A stretch of DNA of 64,000 nucleotides, taken from positions 1,335 to 65,334 of the forward strand of contig JAIPBJ010000004.1 of NCBI GenBank assembly GCA_021739625.1, read 5' to 3'. The position numbers and the translations under genes were made by a program. The stretch's first letter is position 1, and every line of letters begins with the position of its first letter. This stretch comes from Flavobacteriales bacterium (lineage in GTDB: Bacteria; Bacteroidota; Bacteroidia; UBA10329). Shown here one piece after another: positions 19,191-29,692 of this stretch. The notes under the pieces are model-generated. The model worked only from the letters and a program-made list of their open reading frames with translations, did not search any database and was not told where the DNA came from.

Positions 19191-20576
19191 TCAGGGTTCG
19201 TTGAGTGCCTGTACGGTCTTTTGCAATCCTTCGAATGACGAGGCACGGCCAAGGAGCCTCCTTTCTGCATCGAGCAGAAAGAGGGCCGGTGTGCCCAGAA
19301 TGCCCAGCTGCTGCACCACCGGGCTTTCCCAGCCCATGAGGTCATTCACGTTCATCCAATTGAGTCCGCCATCGCGCACGGTGCGTATCCACGCTTCGCG
19401 GTCGGTATCGAGCGAGATGGCATAGACGTTCATCTTGCGCGGACCGAGGTGGTCATACAGCGCCTTGAGTCTTGGCATTTCTCTCATGCAGTGCGCGCAT
19501 CCGCTGCTCCACACCACTACCACGTTGATATCTGCCTGGAGCATGCTCAGCGGCACTTGCATCCCATCACCGTCAGGCAGTGACAGTTCGGGCATCGGTT
19601 CGCCTTTGGCAATGGGCACTGCGGCTTTGATCTTGGCCTTCACTTCTTCGGAGAGTGGCAGGTCGCAGTTGCCCAGATAGCGTTCCTGCATGTAGGCCAC
19701 GAACTCGCTCACCCCTTTCTCGGTGAAGAAGTCCACCAGCAGTTCGACAAGGAATGCCTCCACCTGCGGGTGCATCCCCTCGTGGTCCATCACGCGGTCG
19801 ATGGCATACTGGATGCCGTCCTCAGACCGTTCGGTGAAGTTGTAGAGATATTCGAGCACCTTGGTGCTCAGGTACGGATTGGTGATGATGCGCCCGTCAT
19901 TCCATGGCACGAAGTGGAAGAAATGGACGTGATTGAAGGCGGGGTCGTTGTCGAACGTGGCCTCCCATTCGGGCCGCATGCTGCTCAGTGGAACCTTGTC
20001 CAACGGCACGAGCACCTGCGCTGCATAGCTGGTGGGGAAAAGGTCGGGGATGAGGTCGAGCGAACGGTTGTAGGCGCTGGCCACGCGATGGTAGGAGGCA
20101 GACAGCGAATCGGAGATGGCATCATGGCGCGGATGAAAGTCGGAGAGCGAATTCATGGCACGGGAGAGCGAGTCCATGCTGCGCGAATAGCTCAGAGATA
20201 TGTTCATCAGAATGCGGAAGGCATCGTTCTCCTTGGAATTCACAGTGCGGAACGCCATGCCCGAACCGCTCTCATACAGCACGGCCTCCACCATCTCTCC
20301 GCCAGCGATCACAAAGCGGTGTGCTTCCAGACTGCCCACCTCCAGCACAAAAACGCCATCAGGATGGTCGCGGTCGAGGTTGAACCGCACCTGCGGCCTG
20401 TCAACATATCGGATGCTGTCCAGCGGCACGGTCACTTCGCCATCGAACCGCGAAAGCCGCAGCAGGCTGCCTTCGGGACGGGTGTCCATCTTCAGGTTCA
20501 GACCGCCCTGCGCGGAGACGGAGAATGGAAGATGGAGAATGCTGATCAGTAAGAGTAGAAGGGGGACGGTTCTCAT
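19191..20576 (-). CDS. TlpA/ResA-like thioredoxin-domain exported protein
   Basis: Signal peptide MRTVPLLLLL at 20576; C-terminal WSSGCAHC and LGILGTP. Confidence 0.88.
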   Translation of the reverse strand: MRTVPLLLLLISILHLPFSVSAQGGLNLKMDTRPEGSLLRLSRFDGEVTVPLDSIRYVDRPQVRFNLDRDHPDGVFVLEVGSLEAHRFVIAGGEMVEAVLYESGSGMAFRTVNSKENDAFRILMNISLSYSRSMDSLSRAMNSLSDFHPRHDAISDSLSASYHRVASAYNRSLDLIPDLFPTSYAAQVLVPLDKVPLSSMRPEWEATFDNDPAFNHVHFFHFVPWNDGRIITNPYLSTKVLEYLYNFTERSEDGIQYAIDRVMDHEGMHPQVEAFLVELLVDFFTEKGVSEFVAYMQERYLGNCDLPLSEEVKAKIKAAVPIAKGEPMPELSLPDGDGMQVPLSMLQADINVVVVWSSGCAHCMREMPRLKALYDHLGPRKMNVYAISLDTDREAWIRTVRDGGLNWMNVNDLMGWESPVVQQLGILGTPALFLLDAERRLLGRASSFEGLQKTVQALNEP

Positions 20577-20778
20577 GCTTGAAGGCCATTGGGCCGCATC
20601 GGTTCTGCTATCACCTCGAAGGCGGCTACAATGGTAACAAACCTGAACGAATGATGTGCCCGCCTCCGATGGATTGTCGGGCGGGGCATGTCGCCATTCG
20701 ACAGTGCATCGCGGGGCGGGCACATAAATGGTGCAGCGCTGTGGGCATTTGCTTTCAAGAGGTAGGGCATCGGTGAGA

Positions 20779-21534
20779 CTACTTTGCCATGTCGGACGTC
20801 TCTCCGACATGGCAAATGAGTTGCTCCGTTGCAATGGGAGTTCTCCCATCGGGGCAAAGCAGTTGCTCCGTTGCAATGGGAGTTCTCCCATCGGGGCAAA
20901 GCAGTTGCTCCGTTGCATTGGGAGTTCTCCTATCAGGGCAAAGCAGTTGCTCCGTTGCATCGGGAGTTCTCCCATCGGGGCAAAGCAGTTGCTCCGTTGC
21001 ATTGGGAGTTCTCCCATCGGGGCAGAGCAGTTGCTCCGTTGCATTCGGAGTTCTCCCATCAGGGCAAAGCAGTTGCTCCGTTGCATCGGGAGTTCTCCCA
21101 TCGGGGCAAAGCAGTTGCTCCGTTGCATTGGGAGTTCTCCCATAGGGGCAAAGCAATTGGTTCCATGCAATCCCTTACAAGGGAACAGGTGAAAACGGTC
21201 GGTTCGATGCAATCCCTTACAAGGGAACAGGTGGAAACGGTCGGTTCGATGCAATCCCTTACAAGGGAACAGGTGGAAACGGTCGGTTCGATGCAATCCC
21301 TTACAAGGGAACAGATGGAAACGGTCGGTTCGATGTAATCCCTTACAAGGGAACAGATGGAAACGGTCGGTTCGATGCGATCCCTTGTAAGGGAACAGAT
21401 GGAAACGGTCGGTTCGATGCAATCCCTTACAAGGGAACAGATGGAAACAGTTGTATCAATGCATCTGGAGTTCCCCCATTGGGGCAAGGCAGTTGCCCGG
21501 CCGTGTCGGACGCATCCCCATCGGGGCAAAGCAC
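20779..21534. repeat. 42-bp tandem array with two unit types
   Basis: Palindromic lead unit; 8 type-A units (20821-21156); 7 type-B units (21157-21450); 2 degenerate A-like units; all in one 42-bp register. Confidence 0.96.
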
Positions 21535-21647
21535 CTGCTCTGTGATGTATGACGCGCCTGCACAGCCACCAGGCAATCTATTGGCCTGAAATGGTGAAAG
21601 GGAGAAGCGGCAGTGCCTCCGGACCGTTCAAGGAGCTGTTCACCGGA

Positions 21648-24074
21648 TCAGGACAATGCCCCTCCCCTCAGCCCGAAGAACATCCCCCCGCCCACGAACA
21701 GCACGAGCAGGATGGAACCCGCCAGCGAATACTTCTCGCCCGTGGCATAGACCTGCGGCTCGAACCTGAACTCCACTGTGTGATCGCCTGCGGGCAGCGT
21801 CATGGCGCGCAGCACATAGTTGGCGCGGAAATGCGGCTTCGGTTCCCCGTCCAAGTAGGCATTCCAGCCATTGGCGAAGTATATCTCTGAGAACACCGCG
21901 AGGCGCGGCTCTGCGGCCGTGTAGGCATACTTGAGGTGGTTGGGGCCATACTCCTCGAAAGTGATGGCGGCCGCACTGTCGGGGCGCAGGGCAAGGTCGG
22001 CCACCTCATCGGCAAAGCGCTGGTCGATGATGGCGGTGTTCAATGCGCTGAATCCGGGACGGTTGAGGGCCGCCAGCTCGGCATCGGCATCAGGCACGAG
22101 GCTCACCTCATTGACGAACCACGCATTGCCATGCGCCATCGGGTTCTGCTGCACCTGCGGCCCCTGCTCGCTGCGCATGATGAAATACTTGGTGTTGAGC
22201 ATGTTCAGCACCTCCATGTTGTTGCGGCTTATGCACGAGTCTATCAGCTCCTGATAGCGCTTGAGCTTGGCCCCATGATAGCCCCCGATGCTCTTGTGAT
22301 GATAGGAGGTGGAGGCATCGTTGAAGGTGCTCACAGTGGTGTTCAGCACGCGGAAGTTGGGGTCGGGGTCGGAGAGGATGCGCTGGTCGGCCTGCGATGG
22401 GGCGAAGACGGCCTTGTTCTGACGGGCACTGACGAAATCATCACTCTTCAGATAGCGCTTGTCCACCTGCCAGAGGTCGCCCAACACCAGTGCAGCGATC
22501 ACCAGACCGGTCACCTGCGCCTTCAGTTTCCCTTTCAGTGTGAGGAAGATGAGCCCTGCGGCCAAGGCCACCAGACCGAGCGAGCGGATGGCATCCGACC
22601 GGAAAAGTGACTGGCGGTCCTCCACCAGCGCATCGACCAGCCAATCGGGGTATCCGCCCTGCACCAGTTGCGGGTCGCTGGAAGAAGTGAAATCGAAGAA
22701 AAGACTTGGGATAAGCGCGAACAGCAGGCACAGCCCACCGACCACCCCTGTGGCGATATACAGTCTCCCCGTCTTCCACTTCCTGTCCTCCGTTCCATCC
22801 AGAATGGATTTCAATCCGAACACCGCGAGAATGGGCAGAACCACCTGTGCGATCACGAGCGTCATGCTCACCGCGCGGAACTTGTTGTAGCCCGGCACAT
22901 GGTCGAAGAAGAAATCGGTGGCGAGGGCAAAATTGTGCCCCCACGAGAGCACGATGCTCAGGATGAAGGCCGCCAGCAGCCACCATCTGTCCATCCCTTT
23001 GAAGGCCAACAGTCCCAGCACCGCCAATAGGCAGATGATGGCACCGAGATAGACCGGGCCACTCGTGAAGGGCTGTGTGCCGTGATAGAGCGGCATGTTG
23101 CCGATGATGGACCTGGCCTGCGCCTTGGGGATCCGGTTGTCGGTCAGCGCCTCATAAACGTTCGATTTCTCGCTGAGGCTGCCGGACGAGCTTCCGCCCA
23201 TGAAATCGGGGATGAGGATGGTGAAGGTCTCGGCCACACCATAGCTCCAGCGGGTGGCGTATTCCTGATCGAGGCCGTTGCTTTCCTGCATGGTGCTCAA
23301 TTCAGATTTTCCACGGATGGTCTCAGCACCATAATCTGCAGTGGTCCACAGCGCAGAGATGTTCGGCCCGATGGCCACCATTGCCCCGATCACCAACATG
23401 CCTGTGGCCTTCGCAAAATGTGGCAACTTCCCCTCTTTGGCGGCCTCGATCAGCTTCACCAGACCGAGCAGCAGCACGATCATCAGCAGATAGTAGGTGA
23501 TCTGGAGGTGATTCGTAGCGATCTGAAGCGAGAGGAACAGCGCAGTAAGGGCCGCACCCAGCAGATACTTTCCTCTGTAGGCCAACAGGATACTGCCCAG
23601 CACAGGTGCCACAAATGCGAACGCATGCACCTGAGAATTATGACCCGCCTCGATCATAATGACCGAAAAGGAAGCGAAGGCCACCCCGAACGCGCCCACC
23701 AGTGCATACCGCCAACCCACTCCCAGCACTACGAACAGGAAGTAGGCGCCCGCCATCAGCAGAAAGAGGTAGTTGGCCGGGCGCGGCAGGCCGAAATTGA
23801 ACACCTCCAGCAGCTTCTTGCTCCAGTTGTTCGGATACAGCACCGAGATCTGATAGGCCGGCATACCGCTGAACATGCTGCCGGTCCACAGGGGTTCTTC
23901 ACCGGTCTTCTCGCGGAAATCAACAATCTCCTGACTCATCCCCTTGAACTGGATGATGTCGCTCTGCATCAGCACCTTGCCTTCGAGCAGCGGCTGCATA
24001 TAGATGAGCGAAAGACCGATGAAGGCCAGCAGCACTGCGAAATGGGGGAGGTAGGATTTCAGACGGTCAGTCAT
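21648..24074 (-). CDS. YfhO-family membrane protein (GT-C-like)
   Basis: PLWTGSMFSGMPAY, NHLQITYY, GGYHGAKL, FSEIYF..GW, ANYVLRA. Confidence 0.9.
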   Translation of the reverse strand: MTDRLKSYLPHFAVLLAFIGLSLIYMQPLLEGKVLMQSDIIQFKGMSQEIVDFREKTGEEPLWTGSMFSGMPAYQISVLYPNNWSKKLLEVFNFGLPRPANYLFLLMAGAYFLFVVLGVGWRYALVGAFGVAFASFSVIMIEAGHNSQVHAFAFVAPVLGSILLAYRGKYLLGAALTALFLSLQIATNHLQITYYLLMIVLLLGLVKLIEAAKEGKLPHFAKATGMLVIGAMVAIGPNISALWTTADYGAETIRGKSELSTMQESNGLDQEYATRWSYGVAETFTILIPDFMGGSSSGSLSEKSNVYEALTDNRIPKAQARSIIGNMPLYHGTQPFTSGPVYLGAIICLLAVLGLLAFKGMDRWWLLAAFILSIVLSWGHNFALATDFFFDHVPGYNKFRAVSMTLVIAQVVLPILAVFGLKSILDGTEDRKWKTGRLYIATGVVGGLCLLFALIPSLFFDFTSSSDPQLVQGGYPDWLVDALVEDRQSLFRSDAIRSLGLVALAAGLIFLTLKGKLKAQVTGLVIAALVLGDLWQVDKRYLKSDDFVSARQNKAVFAPSQADQRILSDPDPNFRVLNTTVSTFNDASTSYHHKSIGGYHGAKLKRYQELIDSCISRNNMEVLNMLNTKYFIMRSEQGPQVQQNPMAHGNAWFVNEVSLVPDADAELAALNRPGFSALNTAIIDQRFADEVADLALRPDSAAAITFEEYGPNHLKYAYTAAEPRLAVFSEIYFANGWNAYLDGEPKPHFRANYVLRAMTLPAGDHTVEFRFEPQVYATGEKYSLAGSILLVLFVGGGMFFGLRGGALS

Positions 24075-24133
24075 GGGTGATGGGGTTAACGGTTGCGAGT
24101 GTTGCGTTGCTGATATGCTGATAACCTGATGCG

Positions 24134-24406
24134 CTATTTCACCTCCTCAAACTCCACATACTCACCATCGTCCTCGGCCACTTTGGGGGTCTTCTCGGCC
24201 CCTTTCTGAATGACGACCTCACCTTCTTGATACGTCTTGCCGCGGTTCTGCTGCTGCTCGTATGCTTGCTTCATGCGCTCGTTCATGGTCTCTTGGGCCT
24301 TCTCAGTCGCCTTGCGCAGAACGACAGGGAAGAACAGGCGGAACATCAGCTTCCACGCATAGTAGAGCACGATGAGGAAAAGTATGAGTTTGAGGAGTGC
24401 TGACAT
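24134..24406 (-). CDS. DUF4834-family protein
   Basis: N-terminal TM helix; C-terminal GEYVEFEEVK. Confidence 0.8.
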   Translation of the reverse strand: MSALLKLILFLIVLYYAWKLMFRLFFPVVLRKATEKAQETMNERMKQAYEQQQNRGKTYQEGEVVIQKGAEKTPKVAEDDGEYVEFEEVK

Positions 24407-24412
24407 GGTCGA

Positions 24413-27229
24413 TTATCGGCTCAGGTAAAGATTTCTTTCCGAGTACACCTCTTGGAAGAACTCGTCCTGCAGGTCGTCTATGAAGCGGATGGCCTCGCCT
24501 GTGGACTTCATCTCGGGGCCGAGTTCCTTGCTCACTTCGGGGAATTTCTCATAGCTGAACACAGGGATCTTGATGGCGTAGCCCTTCTTCGTTGGGTTGA
24601 AGTTGAAGTCCTTCACCTTCTTCTCGCGCATCATCACCTTGGCGGCATAGTTGACATACGGCTCATCGTATGCCTTGGCGATGAACGGCACGGTGCGCGA
24701 TGCCCGTGGGTTGGCCTCTATGATATAGACCACCTCGTCCTTCACAGCGAACTGGATGTTGATGAGGCCCACGGTCTTGAGCGCCACCGCGATAGTGCGG
24801 GTGTGCTGCTCTATCTGGCGCATGACGTTGTCGCTGAGGTCGAAGGGCGGGAGCACCGCATAGGAATCGCCCGAGTGGATGCCCGCAGGCTCGATGTGCT
24901 CCATGATGCCGATGATGTAAACGTCCTCCCCATCGCAGATGGCATCGGCCTCGGCCTCTATGGCGTTCTCCAGAAAATGGTCGAGCAGGATGCGGTTGTC
25001 CGGCAGGTCCTTCAGCAGGTTCACCACGTGCTCCTCCAACTCGCGCTCGTTGATCACGATCTTCATGCTCTGCCCGCCCAGCACGTAGCTCGGCCTCACC
25101 AGCAGCGGGAATCCGAGCTCCTTGCTCAGTGCCACCGCCTTGTCGGCATCTTCGGCCACCCCGAATTGCGGATAGGGGATGCCATATTCCGCCAACAGCG
25201 TGGAGAAACGGCCGCGGTCCTCGGCAAGGTCGAGGCTTTGGAAATCTGTGCCGATGATCTTGATGCCGTAGCGCTCCAGTTTCTCGGCCAGTTTGAGCGC
25301 GGTCTGCCCGCCCAGCTGCACGATCACGCCCTCGGGCTTCTCGTGCAGGATGATGTCATAGATGTGCTCCCAGAAAACAGGCTCGAAGTAGAGCTTGTCG
25401 GCAGTGTCGAAGTCGGTGCTGACCGTCTCGGGGTTGCAGTTGATCATAATGGTCTCGTAGCCGCATTCCTTGGCAGCCAACACGCCATGCACGCACGAGT
25501 AGTCGAACTCGATGCCCTGCCCGATGCGGTTCGGGCCGCTGCCCAGCACCACGATCTTCTTCCTATCAGAACGCACGCTCTCGTTCTCGTCCTCGAAGGT
25601 GGAGTAATAATAAGGTGTCTGCGCGGGGAACTCGGCCGCGCAGGTGTCCACCAGTTTATACACCCGCTGGATGCCCATCTCCTGCCTGCGGTTGAACACA
25701 TGGCTCTCCAGACACTTGAGCAGATGCGCGATCTGGCGGTCGGCATAGCCCTTCTGCTTGGCCTCATACAGAAGTTCGCGGGGCAGCGTCTCCAGTTTGA
25801 ACTTGGAGATCTCGTCCTCCAGCGCGATCAGTTCCTGAATCTGCTCCAAGAACCATTTGTCGATACGTGTGATGCTCTGTATCGTCTTGAGTGGGATGCC
25901 CATCTTGAAGGCGTCATAGATGTGGAAGATGCGGTTCCAGCTCGCATTGCCGAGGCTGTGTAGGATCTGCTGCTGATCGCGCAGTTCCTTGCCATCGGCA
26001 CCGAGGCCGTTGCGTTTTATCTCCAATGACTGACACGCCTTCTGCAACGCCTCCTGAAACGTGCGCCCGATGCCCATCACCTCGCCCACGCTCTTCATCT
26101 GCAGGCCCAGTCTGCGGTCCGCCCCCTTGAACTTGTCGAAGTTCCAGCGGGGGATCTTCACGATGACGTAGTCCAAGGTCGGCTCGAAGAAGGCCGAGGT
26201 GGTCTTGGTGATCTGATTCTCAAGTTCGTCCAGATGGTAGCCGATGGCCAGCTTCGATGCGATCTTGGCGATGGGATATCCCGTGGCCTTCGATGCCAGT
26301 GCGGACGAACGGCTCACGCGCGGGTTGATCTCGATGGCGATGATGTCCTCCTTCTCATCGTCACTCACCGCGAACTGTACGTTGCAGCCGCCCGCGAAAT
26401 TGCCGATGGAGCGCATCATCTTGATGGCCATGTCGCGCATGCGCTGGTAGGTCTTGTCGCTCAGCGTCATGGCCGGGGCCACGGTGATGCTGTCGCCCGT
26501 GTGGATGCCCATCGGGTCGAAATTCTCGATGCTACAGATGATGACCACGTTGTCGTTGGCATCGCGCAGCAGTTCCAGCTCAAACTCCTTCCAGCCCAGC
26601 ACAGCCTTGTCTATCATCACCTCGTGGATGGGCGAGAGCTGCAGGCCACGGTTCAGCAGCTTGTCGAACTCGGCAGGGTCGTGAACGATGCTTGCGCCCG
26701 CTCCTCCCAGCGTGTACGATGCGCGGATGCACAGAGGGAATCCGAACTCCTGCGCCACCTCCTTGCCTTCGAGGAACGACTTGGCGGTGGTCTGCGGGGC
26801 CATCGGCACACCGATCTCGCCCATCAGCTTGCGGAACTTCTCGCGATCCTCGGTGATCTCGATGGCCTCCACATCGACCCCGATCATCCGCACGCCATAT
26901 TTGGCCCAGATGCCCATCTCCTTGCATTTGATGGCGAGGTTGAGGGCCGTCTGTCCGCCCATGGTGGGCAGCACACAGTCTATCCTGTGTTTCTCAAGTA
27001 TCTTGACGATGCTTTTCGGCTCCAGCGGCAGCAGATAGATATTGTCGGCCGTCACCTTGTCGGTCATGATGGTGGCGGGGTTCGGGTTGATGATGGTCAC
27101 CTCGATGCCCTCTTCGCGCAGCGAGCGCGAGGCCTGCGAACCCGAGTAGTCGAACTCGCAGGCCTGACCGATGACGATGGGGCCGCTGCCGATGATGAGC
27201 ACGGATTTGATGGAGAGGTCTTTGGGCAT
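24413..27229 (-). CDS. carB: Carbamoyl-phosphate synthase large subunit
   Basis: GSGPIVIGQACEFDYSG, duplicated ATP-grasp domains, ELGPEMKSTGE. Confidence 0.98.
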   Translation of the reverse strand: MPKDLSIKSVLIIGSGPIVIGQACEFDYSGSQASRSLREEGIEVTIINPNPATIMTDKVTADNIYLLPLEPKSIVKILEKHRIDCVLPTMGGQTALNLAIKCKEMGIWAKYGVRMIGVDVEAIEITEDREKFRKLMGEIGVPMAPQTTAKSFLEGKEVAQEFGFPLCIRASYTLGGAGASIVHDPAEFDKLLNRGLQLSPIHEVMIDKAVLGWKEFELELLRDANDNVVIICSIENFDPMGIHTGDSITVAPAMTLSDKTYQRMRDMAIKMMRSIGNFAGGCNVQFAVSDDEKEDIIAIEINPRVSRSSALASKATGYPIAKIASKLAIGYHLDELENQITKTTSAFFEPTLDYVIVKIPRWNFDKFKGADRRLGLQMKSVGEVMGIGRTFQEALQKACQSLEIKRNGLGADGKELRDQQQILHSLGNASWNRIFHIYDAFKMGIPLKTIQSITRIDKWFLEQIQELIALEDEISKFKLETLPRELLYEAKQKGYADRQIAHLLKCLESHVFNRRQEMGIQRVYKLVDTCAAEFPAQTPYYYSTFEDENESVRSDRKKIVVLGSGPNRIGQGIEFDYSCVHGVLAAKECGYETIMINCNPETVSTDFDTADKLYFEPVFWEHIYDIILHEKPEGVIVQLGGQTALKLAEKLERYGIKIIGTDFQSLDLAEDRGRFSTLLAEYGIPYPQFGVAEDADKAVALSKELGFPLLVRPSYVLGGQSMKIVINERELEEHVVNLLKDLPDNRILLDHFLENAIEAEADAICDGEDVYIIGIMEHIEPAGIHSGDSYAVLPPFDLSDNVMRQIEQHTRTIAVALKTVGLINIQFAVKDEVVYIIEANPRASRTVPFIAKAYDEPYVNYAAKVMMREKKVKDFNFNPTKKGYAIKIPVFSYEKFPEVSKELGPEMKSTGEAIRFIDDLQDEFFQEVYSERNLYLSR

Positions 27230-27336
27230 TCAGTTGGATGGGTTTTACCGAGTGAAAATTCCTGAAGGTCGCGACTTTGCAAACTTTGCGAAGGTACTTA
27301 CTGGCCGTTCCTACCTTTGGCCGAAATCGTGCTTTT

Positions 27337-28164
27337 TTGAACACCCCGTCCACACCATCGCAACGCAGGTTCATTAAAGTGGGGGGCACCCGCTGGGCCT
27401 ACACCGAAAGCGGTGAGGGAGAAGACCTTTGGGTCACTTTCCATGGATATGGGCAGAGCGCAGATGTCATGGAGCGCTTCATGCAGCATTTCCGGCCCGG
27501 GTCGCGAGGCGTGCATTTCGACCTGCTGCACCACGGGGAAACGACCACGGAACAGGAGTCGATAACCCCGTCAGATCTGGCCGACCTGCTGGCCAAAGTG
27601 CTGCGCGAAAAGGGCGTGGACCGCTGCTCGATGCTGGCTTTCAGTCTGGGCGGAAAGGTGGCGTTGAAACTGGTAGAGCTGATGCCCGGCAAAGTGGAGC
27701 GCATGGTCCTTATTGCCCCTGACGGGCTGAAAGTGAATCCACTCTATCGTTTCACGGCCAACACACGGTTCGGTGGCTGGCTCTATGCCCGGGTCATCAA
27801 TGATCCGAAAAACCTGTTCACCGCCACAAATGTGCTGCGGAGGTCGAGCATCCTGCACCCGAAGATTGAGCAGTTCATTCACCGCCAACTGGACACACGC
27901 GAGAAGCGTGAACGGGTCTTCAACGTCTGGCGCGCTTTCCGCAACATCATCCCCGACCTTGGCGACATCAGGAGCAAGATCAAACGTTACAACATCAGCA
28001 CTGTGCTTGTCTTCGGCAGGCACGACCGCATCATCCGCCCGTCATTGGGCCGAAAACTGGACTTTGACGATCACCCGAACATCCGGACCATCATCATGGA
28101 GAAAGGCCATGACCTTTATGGGCCTGATGTGGCCGTTGAACTCCGCAGCCTGATCCGTTCCTGA
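27337..28164 (+). CDS. Alpha/beta fold hydrolase
   Basis: FHGYGQ, AFSLGG nucleophile elbow, catalytic His in KGHD; start uncertain (TTG at 27337 follows a TACCTTTG element). Confidence 0.85.
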   Translation: MNTPSTPSQRRFIKVGGTRWAYTESGEGEDLWVTFHGYGQSADVMERFMQHFRPGSRGVHFDLLHHGETTTEQESITPSDLADLLAKVLREKGVDRCSMLAFSLGGKVALKLVELMPGKVERMVLIAPDGLKVNPLYRFTANTRFGGWLYARVINDPKNLFTATNVLRRSSILHPKIEQFIHRQLDTREKRERVFNVWRAFRNIIPDLGDIRSKIKRYNISTVLVFGRHDRIIRPSLGRKLDFDDHPNIRTIIMEKGHDLYGPDVAVELRSLIRS

Positions 28165-28201
28165 GCTGGTCACCCGCCATGACGAACCTGACCTTGAAGC
28201 C

Positions 28202-28750
28202 ATGATCCTGTCGCTCACTGCCGAACAGAAAGTGATGCTGCGCTTCCTTGTCACCATGGGAATCCTTTCGGCATTGTATTTCCTGTGGTTCGCGCCCCGT
28301 GCTTGGACGCTGCCCATCATCGGCCCCAACTACAGCAGGTTCATTCACTACAGCATGCTCTCACTCACCGAAGGAACCGTGTTCCTTCTTGGGCTGATGG
28401 GCCATCAGGCAGAGACATTCGACCTGCGCAACATCGACCTCTACGATTCGGTCATCAACATCCATGTGCGCAACTATTGCCTCGGGGTGGATATGACCGC
28501 CATGTTCATCGCCCTTGTCGTCTCGTTCCCCGGCAAATGGAAACACCGTGCATGGTTCATTCCTGTTGGCGTTGTGGGCATCATTGGCATCAATGTCCTG
28601 CGGGTCGCCATGCTGTGCCTCACCACCATTCACAATGGCCACCACCAGTTCATCGATCACCACAACATTTTCAACACCATCACCACCGCATTCATTTTTC
28701 TGATGTTCGTTGCGTGGGTGCGTATGCACGGGCCCCGGCTGGTCAGATGA
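28202..28750 (+). CDS. Exosortase/archaeosortase-family protein (XrtF-like)
   Basis: Multi-TM; Cys in YCLG, Arg in NVLRV, His in DHHNIF. Confidence 0.8.
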   Translation: MILSLTAEQKVMLRFLVTMGILSALYFLWFAPRAWTLPIIGPNYSRFIHYSMLSLTEGTVFLLGLMGHQAETFDLRNIDLYDSVINIHVRNYCLGVDMTAMFIALVVSFPGKWKHRAWFIPVGVVGIIGINVLRVAMLCLTTIHNGHHQFIDHHNIFNTITTAFIFLMFVAWVRMHGPRLVR

Positions 28751-28949
28751 CATTCTCCATCATGGCCACGCGCACCAGTTCGGCCGTGTTGGCGCAGCGC
28801 GAGCGGGCAAGCATGTTCTTCCGGTGATTGTTGACGGTGTGAACGCTCAGGTGCAGTTTCCGGGCGATATCTGTGTGCGACTGCCCATGGGCGATCAGGT
28901 GCAGCACTTCCACCTCGCGGTGAGAAAGTATGGTGGCCGATTTGTTCAT
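28743..28949 (-). CDS. Stand-alone LuxR-type HTH regulator
   Basis: LSHREVEVLHLIAHG...IARKLHLSVHTVNNHRKN; likely start MNKSATIL. Confidence 0.9.
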   Translation of the reverse strand: MNKSATILSHREVEVLHLIAHGQSHTDIARKLHLSVHTVNNHRKNMLARSRCANTAELVRVAMMENVI

Positions 28950-29077
28950 TTCTCTGAATAGGGGATGGTTGATGTGACACATGCGCAGCAACAGATGCCT
29001 GCGAAGTTCCCTGAGCCGGATGCCGGGGTTGGGGGCATGGCTCAGGGAACGGACGGGGTGCGGGGTCTGCGCCTCCA

Positions 29078-29629
29078 TCATTTCGCGTCAGTGGTGAGTT
29101 GCGCAAGCAACCCGTGGTTGTTGGTGTCCGCAGCAGCCATGGCCTCGCGGGCGTCACGGATGCGCTGTATGACCTCAGACTTCCGTTGTATGGAGGCCAG
29201 TGAAATGGTGGTCATGTAGGTGCGGTAGGCGTTCACAGCCTCTGCGTGGCGGCCTGTCATGGCCAGAGCATCGCCAAGCAGGAAGAACACAGAACCGGGT
29301 GCGCTCTCGTCTTCTGACCGCCCATGCCCGTGCCTCGGGTCGAATCGGGCACTGGCCAAAAGGAGCAGTTGTGCCGCGCGGTCGGCATCACGTCCCTGTT
29401 TCATCAGTGCAAGGCCCAGCAGGTAGTTTACATGAGCATTCTGCGGACGCGACCTGTGCAACTGTTCGAGCACCGGCTGTGCCAGGCAGTGGTCTCCGGC
29501 CATCACATCCTCAAACGCCTGAGCAAAAAGAAGATTGAAGCGGTGATCGCTCATCTGCGCATGGACAGCAGTGCTGACAAGCATGGTGATGGCAAGTACA
29601 ATTGTGCGGATGAAGTTGTTGGTTCTCAT
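29078..29629 (-). CDS. Exported TPR protein
   Basis: Signal peptide; PQNAHVNYLLG, FLLGDAL..GRHAEAVNAY. Confidence 0.8.
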   Translation of the reverse strand: MRTNNFIRTIVLAITMLVSTAVHAQMSDHRFNLLFAQAFEDVMAGDHCLAQPVLEQLHRSRPQNAHVNYLLGLALMKQGRDADRAAQLLLLASARFDPRHGHGRSEDESAPGSVFFLLGDALAMTGRHAEAVNAYRTYMTTISLASIQRKSEVIQRIRDAREAMAAADTNNHGLLAQLTTDAK

Positions 29630-29692
29630 GATTTCTTAGGTTTTGGAAGTTGTTGATGAAGGGTCTGTGAAGGAAGTCGGTGATGAATGGGT

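Noticed and set aside
19191-21422. 743-aa ORF with a repetitive N-terminus, and other ORFs across the array
   Set aside because: Frames stay open because the unit is 42 bp. A clear signal peptide starts at 20576, so the extension is probably not translated.
20779-21534. CRISPR array
   Set aside because: Units are head-to-tail with no unique spacers, and no cas genes are in the window.
24413-27229. carB lacking the C-terminal MGS-like domain as a pseudogene
   Set aside because: Clean stop and intact catalytic domains; shortened CarB is common in flavobacteria.
24452-27265. Long antisense ORFs over carB, and similar ones over other genes
   Set aside because: Shadow ORFs expected from GC-rich third codon positions; no recognisable motifs.
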